Shown: in pieces, positions 46,905 to 60,586 of the stretch
Position numbering within the stretch: position 1 is the stretch's first letter
How the letters are laid out: each line of letters starts with the position of its first letter
Source of the DNA: Picochlorum sp. SENEW3
Taxonomy: Eukaryota
DNA: 64,000 nt
Direction: 5' to 3'
Assembly: GCA_034226945.1 (NCBI GenBank)
Contig: CP120459.1
Span: 930,001-994,000 of the forward strand
Translations under genes and position numbers: made by a program
The notes under the pieces: generated by a model
The model's database searches: none
What the model saw: only the letters and a program-made list of their open reading frames with translations
What the model was told of the DNA's origin: nothing

Positions 46905-48181
46905 TTAGTATTTGTAGTCCTTGACATACAATGATTCGCCCTTTGCTTCAACATCTCCCTTTCCAAGGGTAGCTTCACCATTTGCTCTAGCACGCGCAAT
47001 GAACGCGTCCTGGGCAGCCTTGAGGTTCTCAGTCTTTCCTCCCCATGTCTTGAGGGCAGATGCCTGAAGGGCACGTCCAAAGGAGAATGACAGAGCCCAT
47101 GGCTTGTTGATATCTTCAATCTGGTTCATGGCGGTCAAATGAGCTGTTGCGGTCTCCTCTGACTGTCCACCAGACAAAAAGACAATGCCAGGGACTGCTG
47201 GTGGCACTGTCCTGGAGAGAGCCCTGGCGGTGAGGAAGGCTGCGGATCGAATATCTGCCTGTTCAGCCTCAGCACCAGACAAGACCATATTAGGCTTCAA
47301 CAAGGTCCCTTCCAGCAACACGTGGTGATCACTTAATGCCTTGTACACGGCAGACAATACCTTTTCTGTCACAGCAGCACACTTCTCAATTCCGTGAGTT
47401 CCATCAGAAAGAATCTCTGGCTCCACAATAGGCACCAATCCATTCTCCTGACAGATGGCGGCATACCGTGCCAATCCATATGCATTCTGGTGAATAGCAA
47501 GATCAGATGGACAGGTCTCTGAAATCTTCAGCACAGCACGCCACTTGGCGAAGCGTGCACCAGCTTCGTAATACTTGGCACACCTCTTTCCCAAATCATC
47601 AATACCTTGGGTCTCTGTCTCACCATCAGTTCCTGGAAGAACAATCACACCCTTGTCCACCTTGATACCAGGAATGATATTCTTGGACTGAAGCAACTTG
47701 ACAAAAGGAACCCCATCATTCCCATCCTGATAGAGCGTTTCTTCAAACAGAATCTACACATTCATGCGTTTTATATGTAAAAATAACCATAGACCATGCA
47801 ATCGAGGCAAACCAAAAAGTAAAACGTACCACTCCAGAGATGTAGTCTTCAATCTGAGGACTGGTGAACAACAACTCTCTCAAATTCCTTCTGGCACTCT
47901 CGTCATTCTCCACACCGATGCTGGCCAACTACAGCAATAAAATAATAGTATATAATCATATATCATTCGCAATCCACATGGGGCATCCGTGACGTCGGTG
48001 ATCAAAACCCTCGCAACCCTCGATCCTACCCACGTACCCTCTTCCCAACTGTACCAGTTGATTCATCAGCAGCCAAAATTCCTTTTCCAGGTGCAACAAT
48101 TGCACGAGCATTCTGGATCAATTCCTCGGCATACTTTTGGTTTGGCATGGCATTGCCAGTGGGTGTGGTCAGTGTAGCCAT
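46905..48181 (-). CDS. FBA: Class I fructose-bisphosphate aldolase, probably cytosolic (3 exons)
   Basis: [10 protein letters not shown] in exon 1, [22 protein letters not shown] and C-terminal Y. Confidence 0.96.
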
Positions 48182-48895
48182 GGCGCTTTTTCTTTAAGAC
48201 ACGTTCTGCAATATAATCGATATATTTCTAATTCGAATGGAGTGAACCAGATGGGGTTGGTTGTCATAACGCATGCGTTTTTATTTTCTAAACACAGAGA
48301 GAGATCTCTACATGCATATGGATCTCTAGAGATCTCCAGCTAGCTGCAGAAACGTTCCAGTACACAGCACCCTGAAGCTTCCTCCATCTTCTCCTCCCAG
48401 AATCACAGATTCGTAACAACGATCGGATGCAGTGATAGATTTATAACAGTGCAGTCGTATATAGGGTTGACATGTTCACGAGGCATCATCATCATCATCA
48501 TACCTATTGAAGTGAAGTCCATTCAGCTAGCTGGCCAGCTGCAGCTGGATGGAGACCTTGCCATGTGCACATTCTTACATAGGGCACTGCCAGAGTCAAG
48601 GTGAGCGACGAGGGGTGTCAGCGCTCTATAAATTTGCCTTTCTATGCATACAAATATAGTGGAACAGGAATATATGTATAGTAGCCGAGTGTTGGATCAA
48701 CGTCGTGGTCAAGTTTGGTAGTTGTTGCGAGGCCCGAGGTTGGTGGAGCCAACGTGGCGACGTGCAGATTGTTGTTTGCTGTCAAGAAGTTTTAATCTTT
48801 CGTAATTTTATAGCATTGATGCTGTAAAGGATAGACAAAGGCATTGGTAGCTCTTCCGCTCGTTCGTTGCAGAGAGCACAGCGTGTATTGCGGCG

Positions 48896-50812
48896 ATGAA
48901 TCACGAGAATGGGCTGCTGCAGCGCCAAAATGGGTCAGGGAAAACATTTGTAACGTATAATGGTGCACAGAAGAAGATGGTGCGTTGGTTTTGAGCTGCT
49001 GTGCGATTGAGTTTCCAGATTTTCCATGTTGGCTCCTTTTGAATTCTTTGGATTCCTCTTTCGAGGTGAATGCGTGTGTGGATACTGATGATGATTATTG
49101 TTTTCATGATGTAGGGAGCGATTGGTGGATCACAGTCGAGGGGCATGGGGTGGAAGCAGGGTTTGCTGGTGCTGAGTTTTGTCTTGTCCTTGGTAGCCAT
49201 CGCTTCAATGGAGTACTATGCATTTTACGGGATACAATACTTGGAAGCTCAGGCGAAAAAGATTAAAAGGCCATATGCATCTTCAGGTGAGAGTAATGCT
49301 GATTTGGAAAGGATGAAGGGTGTGAAGGAGGCCATGAAGCATGCATGGAAGGGATATGAAACGTATGCTTGGGGCAGTGATGAGCTTTTGCCGAAGAGTA
49401 AGCGGGGGAAGAGTGGTGTCTTGGGTAGTATGAATGGATTTTCTGGATTTGCTGCATCTATTGTGGATGCCATGTCGACGCTGCACTTGATGGGGTTGGA
49501 AGCAGAATTTGCTCATGCACGGGATTGGGTAGCTGAGAATATGACCTTTGCTACTGGTGCGACACAGCAGGTGTCGTTTTTCGAAACGACTATTAGGTTG
49601 TTAGGCGGATTGTTATCCGCCCATGATTTATCAGGGGATGTTATGTTTCTGGAAAAGGCGAATGATTTGGGGAGTAGGCTTGTAAATGCATTTGCTGGGA
49701 CACGGTCTGGAATTTTATTGAATGAAGCACGCTTGCCCAATACGGAGGCAGTGTATAGTCGTAATGACGTACTTTTAGCAGAGATAGGAACGAATCTTGT
49801 GGAATTTGCTACATTAGCGGCGAGAACAGGAAATGAAACGTATAGAATTAGGGCAGAGGCAGGGTTGAGGTTTCTTCATGCAAAATATCCAGATGATCCT
49901 TTGCTGGGTACCAGTGTTGCTCGTAATACTGGGGATGTGAGGGATTCGATGCGTTCAGTTGGAACACGTACAGATTCCTATTACGAATATCTGCTAAAGT
50001 ACTGGATATTGGGAAACAAGAAGGATGATCATTGGAGACAGCGGTGGGAGGATTCCGTGGATACAGCTCTAGAAGAGTTAAAGGTGACGTCAAAGAATGG
50101 ATTGTATACTTTTACGGGGACAAAAAGAAGCAAGAATAGTGCACCAGACTCCTCGGTGACCCATTTGGGTTGCTTTTATCCTGGCAGTGTTGCCCTGGGG
50201 GTGATATCAGGGGCTGTCACAGGTGAGAAGGCTGAGAAATATTTGGATTTTGCAAAGTCCATGATGCACGCCTGCTTTCAGCTATACAATGCCACATCAA
50301 CTGGTCTAGGCGCGGACGAGATATTCATTAATATGCAAACTGAGGAAATATCCAACTTGAATCGTCCATATTTGCAAAGGCCAGAGGTTGTCGAGTCCAT
50401 GTTTTACCTATGGAGAGCCACGCATGACAGAATGTACAGAGATTGGGGCTGGTCCGTCGTAGAAGCATTGAATCAATACTGTAAACAAGAGGCTGGATAT
50501 TCCGGGCTGGTGAATGCGAATGTCATTCCACCAATGTCAGATGACTCCCAGCAGAGTTGGTTCTTGGCAGAGACACTAAAGTACCTGTACCTCTTGTTCT
50601 CTGATGATGGAGCATTGAATTTGGATGAATGGGTGTTCAATACAGAAGCCCATCCTGTTCGCGCCCGCAAAGTTGAGGAGTCGCATTGGATTGATTGGGA
50701 TTTTGTCGAGAATGCTACAGGGAAACCGGGACTTACAGATGGACTGAAATCGTCTGTCGTGTCTCTTGAACAATTCTTTGAACAGTTATCTCAGCCAATA
50801 GAAATTGAATAG
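48896..50812 (+). CDS. Class I alpha-1,2-mannosidase (GH47), type II membrane protein
   Basis: AWGSDEL, SFFETTIR, DSYYEYLLK, RPEVVES, AETLKY and FNTEAHP motifs. Exon 1 48896..48979, intron 48980..49114. Confidence 0.93.
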
Positions 50813-50887
50813 TAGTGATTCAAAGTACGCTATGTAAATCTCTAAAATGGTATAGTCAGTCAATGATCCACAATATATATGTCATCG

Positions 50888-53339
50888 TCACGGATCAAGC
50901 GTTGGATTATATGCTTGGTTGGCAGTCATTTGCACGCCACTGTCATCAAATCTCGTGAAAGATCCCTCCATCTTTGATCTTTTGTATTTTTTGAACAGGA
51001 AGAATCCGCCTATTGCGACGATAATGATGACGACAATCACAATTGCAGCAATTGCACCTCCTGAAAGCCCTCCATCATCTGATTCATCACCCTTTGATGA
51101 AGAATCTGGAGCAGGGGCAGGAGCATCAGACGGAGGAGGAGTAGATGCACTGCTTGCAGGTGATGGTGCACCATTACACGCATCCAATGCCTTGAACTGC
51201 TCTTCACAACCATTGGAAAAATTATTTCCTGAAAAGTTGTATTCTGCATTCAAAATCGTTCCTCCAAGCCACTCTGGTAGGTTTCCACTCATGGAATTTG
51301 TGGAAAAGTTTCCGAATCGCACATCCATAGACGTCGTTTCCTGCACACATGGAAATATATATACAGCATTCCCTTAATTTGCGCAAGCATCTTCACGATA
51401 TACGTACTCTGCTAAAAAGATTTGTTCCTTCCCAACTGTCTGGTACTGTTCCGGAAATGTCATTGCTGTCAACATGCAGTCGTACAAGTGCTGGGAATGC
51501 CCCCTCTGTCAGTTCTGGCAGTGGTCCCTCAAGATCAGCATCAGAAATAAAAAGTCCTGTCAAATTTGGGTACAATCCCAAACCAGCTGGAAACGCCGTC
51601 TTGAGGGGATTATCAGACAAGTAGATGAGTTTCAGGGGAGGGCTATTCTCTGGCCTTGATGTTGTTGACGCCCATGCTGTTGGGATTCCTTCCAACTCAT
51701 TCCCGCTCAAACTCACTATGCGTAACGTGGGATGATCCACAAATTCATCTGGAATAGTTCCAGTGAACCTGTTACCTGATACATCATACCCAACCATGCC
51801 ATCTGTTGGAGCAGGAAGAGATCCCTCGAGCATATTATCAGACACTTGGAGCTCAGCCAATGTACTTGGAAGCTTTGGAAGAGTTCCTTGGAGTGCAGCT
51901 TCTTCTACTCGGAGACTTCGCAATGAATTTGATTCTGTTATTTGATCGGTGATTCCGATGAAATTACTTCGTCCAGCGGATAATACCTGCAAGGATGAAT
52001 TTGCAAACATGCATGGACCTATTTCTCCGCCAATTGGCGTATCTACTACAGACAATGAGAGCAAGCCTCTCTGCAACACGATAGGCACTATGAATAACTT
52101 TTCATCAAGAATACATGCGTCATATAGACATACCTGTGCTAGACGACACAGCATGTTCAAACCAAACTCATCTGCCACTTCAACAGAGCTTGCCGTGATT
52201 GAAGTATTATCCAGTTGAACATCGGTCACAACACGCCCTTCCTTGACGTCAGGAATCTCGTCCATTGACAACACAGCTGAAGCAAACAATCCCTTATTCT
52301 CAGCCAACACCAGCCTCTGCATTTGAGTCATATTCGATACAATGGCCACCACCTTGGAGAACTCACACTGGAGACCAAATGACTTTAGATACAAAGTCTC
52401 TATATTCCCATCACTGGTACACAGATTGCCCCCCAAGGAACAAAAATCTGTAAACGGACCACTCGTAGTATTTTCAGTGCCTGGCTGGGGAGCCGGAGCA
52501 ATATCGTCAAGAGTATCACCAGTTGCTTGAGGAACCACAGCTTCTGGAGCACTTGCTTGAGGAACCACAGCTTCAGCATCACTGGAAGGCTCTGGAACAA
52601 TAGCTTCAGGAGCAATGTCCTCAGGAGCTGGAACCGGAGCAGCAGCAACCCCTTGGCGCGCGACTCGAGTCGCAGACACCTCTTCTGCCCGGAGGTTGAC
52701 AGCATTCCAATACTCGCACGATCCCTCCTCTGCACAACAAATCTCATACAGTGCATTCAAAAGAGCCCCATCCTCCTCCACAATCCTCGGAAGCCCTCCC
52801 AACGCATTCACAGACAACGTATACTTGATACTACCCGCATTAAACGTCTCTGACGTCACAACACAGTTCACCACTACATCCACCACATTCGGTGTCTGAG
52901 GGGTCAGAAGAAGTGTCTGTGTCCCACCCACGTAGCTCGATGTGATATACTCGCCCACACCCACCGATGCAGATCCACATCTCAGAGACAAAGCAGCCTC
53001 ATACCCAGTAGACTCATCTCTGTACACACACACCCCATCAGGGGAGCACATCTGGGCAGTCACTGTGACATTTAAACCCGCATCTCCAATGCCCGCATCT
53101 CCATTTCCCACTCGATACACCTCAGACTCCCCCTACAAGTACACGAATACATCATCTACTATATACTTGACAGCTAGACACATAAAATCGACACTACCTA
53201 CCGGTCCTAATATCCCATCCACACTCGAGTTCACCTCCACAACCTCGTTCGCAACAACCGCTTGTCCCAACAATGCCACGATGCATCCAAACACACAAGA
53301 ATATAGTACAAATATTCTATATGTACAAAAAAAACCCAT
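50888..53339 (-). CDS. LRR receptor-like protein (signal, Ala/Pro-rich spacer, LRRs, TM, short tail; no kinase)
   Basis: Plant-type LRRs (SGNRFTGTIP, DSNDISGTVP) and TM GGAIAAIVIVVIIIVAIGGFFLF followed by KK. About 3 introns join the ORFs. Confidence 0.8.
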
Positions 53340-53673
53340 TTTAATCCCAAATAATCACCTAAAGACGTCTTCCCGTGCTATGAGGTACGTTAATTATTAC
53401 ACATGAACAACAATTAATTAATTGTTGGTGTTCCGGTTCTTCCACTGACACATCCTCATATCAACTGCACACCGCCATCATCATGGTTGCACTATGTTAC
53501 AAAAGTAATAAAAATTACGCCCGTGCACAAATATCAATCCATGGATGATGAGCGCCCCGATCGGGGTCCATCTGGCCAGATCTTCCAGAGGAGATCTCTC
53601 TTGGCTGTAATTAGTACATTATATAATGTACGAATTAGCGATTCTCCTTGGTCTACCGCTCTTCGTATGATGA

Positions 53674-54524
<851 letters not shown>

Positions 54525-54702
54525 TGAGATGTATTCTTGTTGTTGTTCTCCTTCTTCTTCTTCTGTATTACAGAAGAAGTTTTAAATGGTAAGACTTTCT
54601 TTCTTATTAGAAACTCTATGCTGAATTGAAGTTGAAACACAGTCGTCGTCTTTCCTTCTCCTGTAAGGATTTTAAAAATATTTATATAGAGTACTACTAC
54701 AA

Positions 54703-56745
54703 ATGGAAGAATCTGTAGAAGAGGCCGTGGCTGGTCTGTTCACGAGACTGGAGGGCCAGGTGAAGAAGCATCAATCTAAAAGAGCCATCAAGACATGCGA
54801 TGAGAGTGCGTCACATGCGTGGAATGTGTATATATGAGCTATATATGACCCATATGGGTGTGTGTGTGCAGTATTGAAACGATGTCCTGACGATGTGGAT
54901 GCGGTCGCCTGCAAATTGGCGAGTTTGATTGATTTGAGAAAGACGGAGGATGCGTTGCGACTCATTCGATCGAAAGATGAATATATGGAGGGTAGATTTG
55001 CATTTGAATATGCGTATTGTTTGTATCGTAGTGGGGAGATTGAGAGTGCTTTGGTGCAGTTGGGCAAGGTTGGTGCGGAGCGAGCTGTGGATGGGAAACG
55101 GTTGGAGGGGCAGTTGCGGTATCGATTAGAGGAGTATGAGGCTTGCATTGGGATATATAAGGATTTGAGACGGGAGGATGATGGGATTGAGTCGAAAACG
55201 AATCTGATGGCAGCGTATGCAGAGGCAGGGATGGATGGGGGGGAGGCATTGTTGGAGAGCATGGGGGTGTCGCCGAACGATGGGTTTGAGCTTGCGTTTA
55301 ATGTGGCGTGTGGTATGATGGCGACAGGACTTGTTGAGAATGCGAGGGAGCAGTTGTTGGCTGCTCATAGGATTGGAGAGGAGATGTTGTTTGAAGAGGG
55401 GCTTGATGACGATGAGGTTGCAGAGGAATTGGCAGGGGTGGATGGTCAGTTGGCGTACCTCGATGCGTTGGAGAATAATGTGGAGAGTGCTATGAAGGCT
55501 TTTGAGAAGATTATTGACATGGATGGTCCGGATGATGTCGCGAATAGTGCAGCAGCAGCAAATCTGCTCTTGTGTCAGATTCATGTGCATCCTCATGATA
55601 GGAAGGGGGCTCAGGAACGGTTGAAGTTGCTCGAGCCGTACTTGGAGAGGACGAGTGGAGTGCTGAAAGTGAAGTCAAGTTTAGAAAGGCGTCTTGGGGC
55701 AAAGAATTGTCAGAGTCTGTTGGCGAGTTATGCGTGTGGGTTGTTGGCTGCGAACAAGATTGATCATGCTCGTGAGGCTGTAAGGAGTCTGGAAACGCTG
55801 TATCCCGGTCTGGCGTTGGGGGTTTTGATGCATGCTGCGATCTTGTCTCGTGATGGTAAAATGAAAGAAGCTATATCATGTTTGCAAGGGGGAGAGGACC
55901 GGCTGAAGGGGAGCACTCTGCAATTGAGTGCAGCAGCGCTGCAGGCACAGCTGGCCACACATCTTCATCAATATGATGAGGCAGCCCATCTGTTGGGTCA
56001 ACTTCCAGCTCAGCTTGCATCCAAGCCATCTATTTTGGCTACTCGTTCGGCACTGTATGAATGTAGTGGAGACCGGGAGAAGGCAAAAGAGATTGCAGCA
56101 AATGTGTTGCAGGGAGATGTAGATGCCTCTGGGAAACAATGGGCATTGCAAAAGTTGGGGGAGATTGAACTCTCATCGGGGAATCTTACCCAAGCTGCGC
56201 ATCACTTGCTTGATTTAACTAAATTGGATGGAGCTTCATGGGAAGATCCTCGGCTTTTGAACCTCCTTCCTCGGTGCATTGCATGCTGTGAGCCAGACAG
56301 GTATGAAGATGTGGCACGAGGACTGGAGGAGTACTGCGATGTTCTTCGCGCCAGTGATGTTGATATCGATGCCTTAGAATCCCAAGCTGGAAATACGCTC
56401 GCGAACACAAAATTGGATGCGGACGGACAGGCCTCAAAAGCTGATGAAAAGAAGAAGAAGAAGAAGAGAAAGAGAAAGCCACGCTACCCCAAAGGGTTTG
56501 ATCCAGAGAATCCAGGGCCTCCTCCTGATCCAGAGAGATGGTTGCCAAAGTGGCAGCGTGCAGAAAATAAAAAGATGAGGAAAAAGAAGAAGGAGAAGGA
56601 CGCCACCAGAGGGAGTCAAGGAGCTGGCAAAGTGGATGCATCCTTGGACAGGACACATGTTTCATCTGACACACCTGCCCCAAAGGCAACACATACTGGC
56701 GGAAGGACAAACAAGAAGAAGAAAAAGGGCAAAGGTAGACGATGA
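54703..56745 (+). CDS. SRP72: Signal recognition particle subunit SRP72
   Basis: FEYAYCLYR, TPR repeats, PDPERWLPK and GSQG motifs. Intron 54806..54871. Confidence 0.93.
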
Positions 56746-56795
56746 AAACATTACATATAGAATACAATATAATAATAATTTTATCGAGCACCGCA

Positions 56796-57536
56796 CTATG
56801 ACTGACCACCCCCATGTTGCTGTCCCCACGATGATGGCTGATTTGTCTGACCAAGCCCATTCAAAGGGACCATGCCGGGAACGTTCATTGCCGGCTGAGG
56901 GGGAGGAGGAATTGCTACCATTCCATCCATGGCAAATATTCCAGTCGGTCTTGTAGGTAAAAAATCGTTGGCCATATCTATGTTTAATTTCACTGGCAAT
57001 GGCGGCAGCTGTGTCATGACCCCACCCATGGAGTCCATGGCATGCAAAATTTGCAAAATATTATCCCGAAACTGTACGAGCAATTGCGTATTCTCGTGTA
57101 CCTTGAATGATGCCATATTTGTCCTAAATTGATTGAGAATCGATAGATTTGCATCCAAGAGATAGGCTATTGGGCCGTCCACTGTCTGGGCCCCATCCTG
57201 GGATTGCAACGGCAGCAACGGTGGCGTCACAATACCCAAATTCGGGTTCATAGACATCATTGGGTTCCCTGGAACCATACCCCCAATCCCCATGGGCGCC
57301 TTCCCTGGATCCCCAGACCGCCGCTTCAACTGCTGCTGCATTGTCCACCGAACCCGAAGTGCCACGTCCCTCACAGACTTCCGCGGCAACGCCGCAGCTA
57401 TACGAACATATCTCTGCACAGGATCCATCCTTTCGGGCGCATATCTATACATTAACGTTTCTAATGACTTCTGCTCCTCGTCCGTCCATTCCAGAGACAC
57501 CCCCCATTGAGTCGTGGGAATCAGACTCGACTGCAT
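56796..57536 (-). CDS. Myb/SANT-like protein with a DUF3755-like region
   Basis: WTDEEQ...RYVRIAAALPRKSVRDVALRVRW, ENTQLLVQFRDNI and PPLPVKLN motifs. 5' end uncertain. Confidence 0.8.
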   Translation of the reverse strand: MQSSLIPTTQWGVSLEWTDEEQKSLETLMYRYAPERMDPVQRYVRIAAALPRKSVRDVALRVRWTMQQQLKRRSGDPGKAPMGIGGMVPGNPMMSMNPNLGIVTPPLLPLQSQDGAQTVDGPIAYLLDANLSILNQFRTNMASFKVHENTQLLVQFRDNILQILHAMDSMGGVMTQLPPLPVKLNIDMANDFLPTRPTGIFAMDGMVAIPPPPQPAMNVPGMVPLNGLGQTNQPSSWGQQHGGGQS

Positions 57537-58022
57537 CCTCCTCAGTCTCGATCTATTACTCCCCTATTTTTCTCCATATGCTTCTATCCAGTTCAATATC
57601 AATCGGAATGCATGCATCATCCAACGCTAGTCGCGCTCGGACGTTCAAGCGGAATGAGGGATGCGTCCTGTGGTTTCAAAATCCACCAAACCAGGGATAC
57701 GCAACCTGTTTGCCAATATGACAATACATAAATAAATTATATGGTAATTTTTGACCATACTCTAGTCCGAAACCCATACATCCACACATCACCTTATCCA
57801 CACCCTGACCTGGATAAGGTTGGATGGATGCAAGTCAATCACAGAGAGAGACAACAAGCAATGGTGGGTACCAACCAAGAAGATTGGATTCTCCATCTTT
57901 TGATTTGATACACTCGTACAACCACGACATGTACTTTTATATCACATAAGAGAGAGGATATTGCCTGTGCTAGACAGATTCGTTGTAGTAGTGGTAGTAG
58001 TAGACTTGTTGGAATATCCACC

Positions 58023-59099
58023 ATGAACACTGCCACAGTCAGCAAGGCAAACTCTGCCTTCTTTGGTCCTGCAAGTAGGTCCATGAACCCATCTTCCATG
58101 TCAAGAAGGTCCTCAAGGGCCCGATCCATGGTTCAGGTGAGGAACGATAGTGCATTGATCGTCAATACCAAGGGAGGAGGTCACGCCTTCATCGGACTCC
58201 ATCTTGCTAAGAAATTGATCGCTGATGGGCACAAGGTGACTATTATGAATGACGGAGATGCGAGTAAATTGTCATCGAAAGCGCCATTCAGTGAGTATGG
58301 GTCGACAGGGGCTGAGGTTGTGTGGGGTTCTCCAACAGATCCTTCCACATACCCACAGGGGGATTTCGACATTGTGTACGATAACAATGGGAAGGATATG
58401 GATGCCTGCAAGCCTTTGATTGATCACTACTCCGGAAAGGTGAAGCATTATGTGTTTGTGGCATCTGCTGGTGCGTATGTGGCCAACAGTGTGGAGCCAA
58501 TGCATGTGGAGGGAGATGCTCGCAAGTCGTCTGCGGGGCATGTGTCTGTCGAGAACTACTTGGTGGAGAAAGGTGCTCCATACACTGTGTTCCAGCCGCT
58601 CTACATTTACGGGCCTCACACAGCAAAGGATTGTGAGCAGTGGTTTATGGAGCGCATTCTCAGAGACCGCCCCGTTCCGATTCCAACACCAGGTATTCAG
58701 TTGACAAGCTTGTCGCATGTTGAGGATGTGGCAGGCATGTTGGCAAAGGTTCCAGGAAATACCGCAGCTATTGGGCAGCATTTCAATGTGTGCAGTGATA
58801 GATGTGTGACGCTGGATGGCATTGCCAAGAATATCGCTGCTGCTGCAGGAAAGGAGGCAAAGATTGTCCACTATGATCCTTCTCGCATCAAGCTGGCCAA
58901 AGGTGAAGGATTCCCATTCAGAGCAGTCCATTTCTTTGCAAGCACTGATAAGGCCAAAAAGGTGCTTGGGTGGAAGCCAGAGCACACATTTTTGGGTGAT
59001 ATTGATGAGCGTTTGGCAGAATTCAAGGCTTCTGGAAGGTTAGAGAAAGATTTTGACTTTTCTGCTGATGATAGAATCATCGCTGAGGCTTCTGTGTAA
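58023..59099 (+). CDS. CSP41A: Chloroplast stem-loop-binding protein CSP41a
   Basis: Transit peptide, NTKGGGHAFIG, DNNGKD, KDCEQWF and FPFR motifs. Confidence 0.9.
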   Translation: MNTATVSKANSAFFGPASRSMNPSSMSRRSSRARSMVQVRNDSALIVNTKGGGHAFIGLHLAKKLIADGHKVTIMNDGDASKLSSKAPFSEYGSTGAEVVWGSPTDPSTYPQGDFDIVYDNNGKDMDACKPLIDHYSGKVKHYVFVASAGAYVANSVEPMHVEGDARKSSAGHVSVENYLVEKGAPYTVFQPLYIYGPHTAKDCEQWFMERILRDRPVPIPTPGIQLTSLSHVEDVAGMLAKVPGNTAAIGQHFNVCSDRCVTLDGIAKNIAAAAGKEAKIVHYDPSRIKLAKGEGFPFRAVHFFASTDKAKKVLGWKPEHTFLGDIDERLAEFKASGRLEKDFDFSADDRIIAEASV

Positions 59100-59282
59100 T
59101 GAATTGAATGACCCAATGACATGGCACCCATGTTTGTATATCTATTCCGGTCAAGATCGAGTCCTGATGGGGCGAATATGGTTAACCCGCTGTTGCGGAT
59201 CATCGCGATGCTCATCACACATTGCCATCCATGGGGTATATTGACCCGGATACCCTCACCACGTAGTACATTTTAATTTGAC

Positions 59283-60403
59283 ATGATGATGCAAACAACA
59301 GCATTGCGCACGAGCAGCCTTCATGGCCAGAAGCTTGTGGCGACCAATGCCGCCCAGCGCCCAGGTGTCGTTGCAGGCAGGCAGAGTGCATTGAGAGTAG
59401 AATGCCGATCCATAGAAGCAGGTATGTTTTTGCATGGGACAATGCGCTATAAAGAGGAGGAATTCGGGCTCTTGTGTGTCGTCAGACGGACCAGGTATCG
59501 GTGTAGTAGGCGTTGAGTCTTCTGCGTAAAGCAAGGCCGATGGGAGGCCATTCCGGTGCTGATCTGACATGATATATTTATATCATGTGTATCGCGCGAG
59601 AGAATGCCGAACCTGTTGCCACGAGGTCGGAGAATATCCGTCCCTCTTGTGAGCGCCGGCTCTCCGTTTGGGACGAGACACGGGAGTCATTGGCACCGAG
59701 TACCCCTGATTGAATTTTATATGAGAATATTAGGAGTTAATGCGTGGAATCCATGTGTGTAGGTGTCGGTATCTATGGAACCAAGGCAGGTATGACAACC
59801 CTGTACAGGGACGGACTTGCTGTGCCAGCCACAATTATTGCCCTTGAGGAGGGAAACGTTGTTACTCAGATCAAGACTGAAGAGACGGATGGATACAATG
59901 CCATTCAAGTGGGATACCAGGAGGTCAAGGAAACTAAATTGACAAAGCCAGAGGCAGGACACTGCAAGAAGGCTGGGGCACCAACCCTTCGCCATCTCCG
60001 TGAGTTCAAGCTCAAGGAGTTGCCAGAGTACGAATTAGGATCAGAATTACCAATAGAAGAACTTTTCAAGGAAGGAGAGAAGGTGGATGTTGCTGGAACA
60101 TCGATTGGAAAGGGATTCCAGGGAGGTATCAAGAGGTGGAACTTTGCCCGAGGTAACATGACACACGGTTCCAAATCCAAGCGTGAGCACGGTACAATCG
60201 GCCCAGGAACAACTCCAGGACGTACCTTCCCTGGTTTGAAGATGCCTGGACACATGGGAGCCCAGAGGGTCAAGGTCAGAAAGTCTGAAGTGCTCATGGT
60301 AGATGTGGAGAAGAGGGCCATTGTGGTCAAGGGGTCTGTTCCAGGCAAGCCAGGCAATGTTGTGGAGATTACACCAACCAAGATTGTTGGGGTAAACATC
60401 TGA
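59283..60403 (+). CDS. PRPL3: Plastid ribosomal protein L3 (uL3c)
   Basis: Transit-peptide exon ends at 59421, intron 59422..59762. [16 protein letters not shown] and [13 protein letters not shown] motifs. Confidence 0.95.
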
Positions 60404-60586
60404 AATAATTAGTTCCATATTATAGTGTGTAATTCAAATTTTACAGTCTTGTACCGAGGGTACCAATGAAGCATGCGTATGCTTTGAAATAAATTATCAT
60501 TGGAGGAGTATACAGCAAAACAAATATGCCAAGGGGCTCGTTTGTTTTTGATTTTGTTGAATGATACGTGTTGAACATCTCCAACA

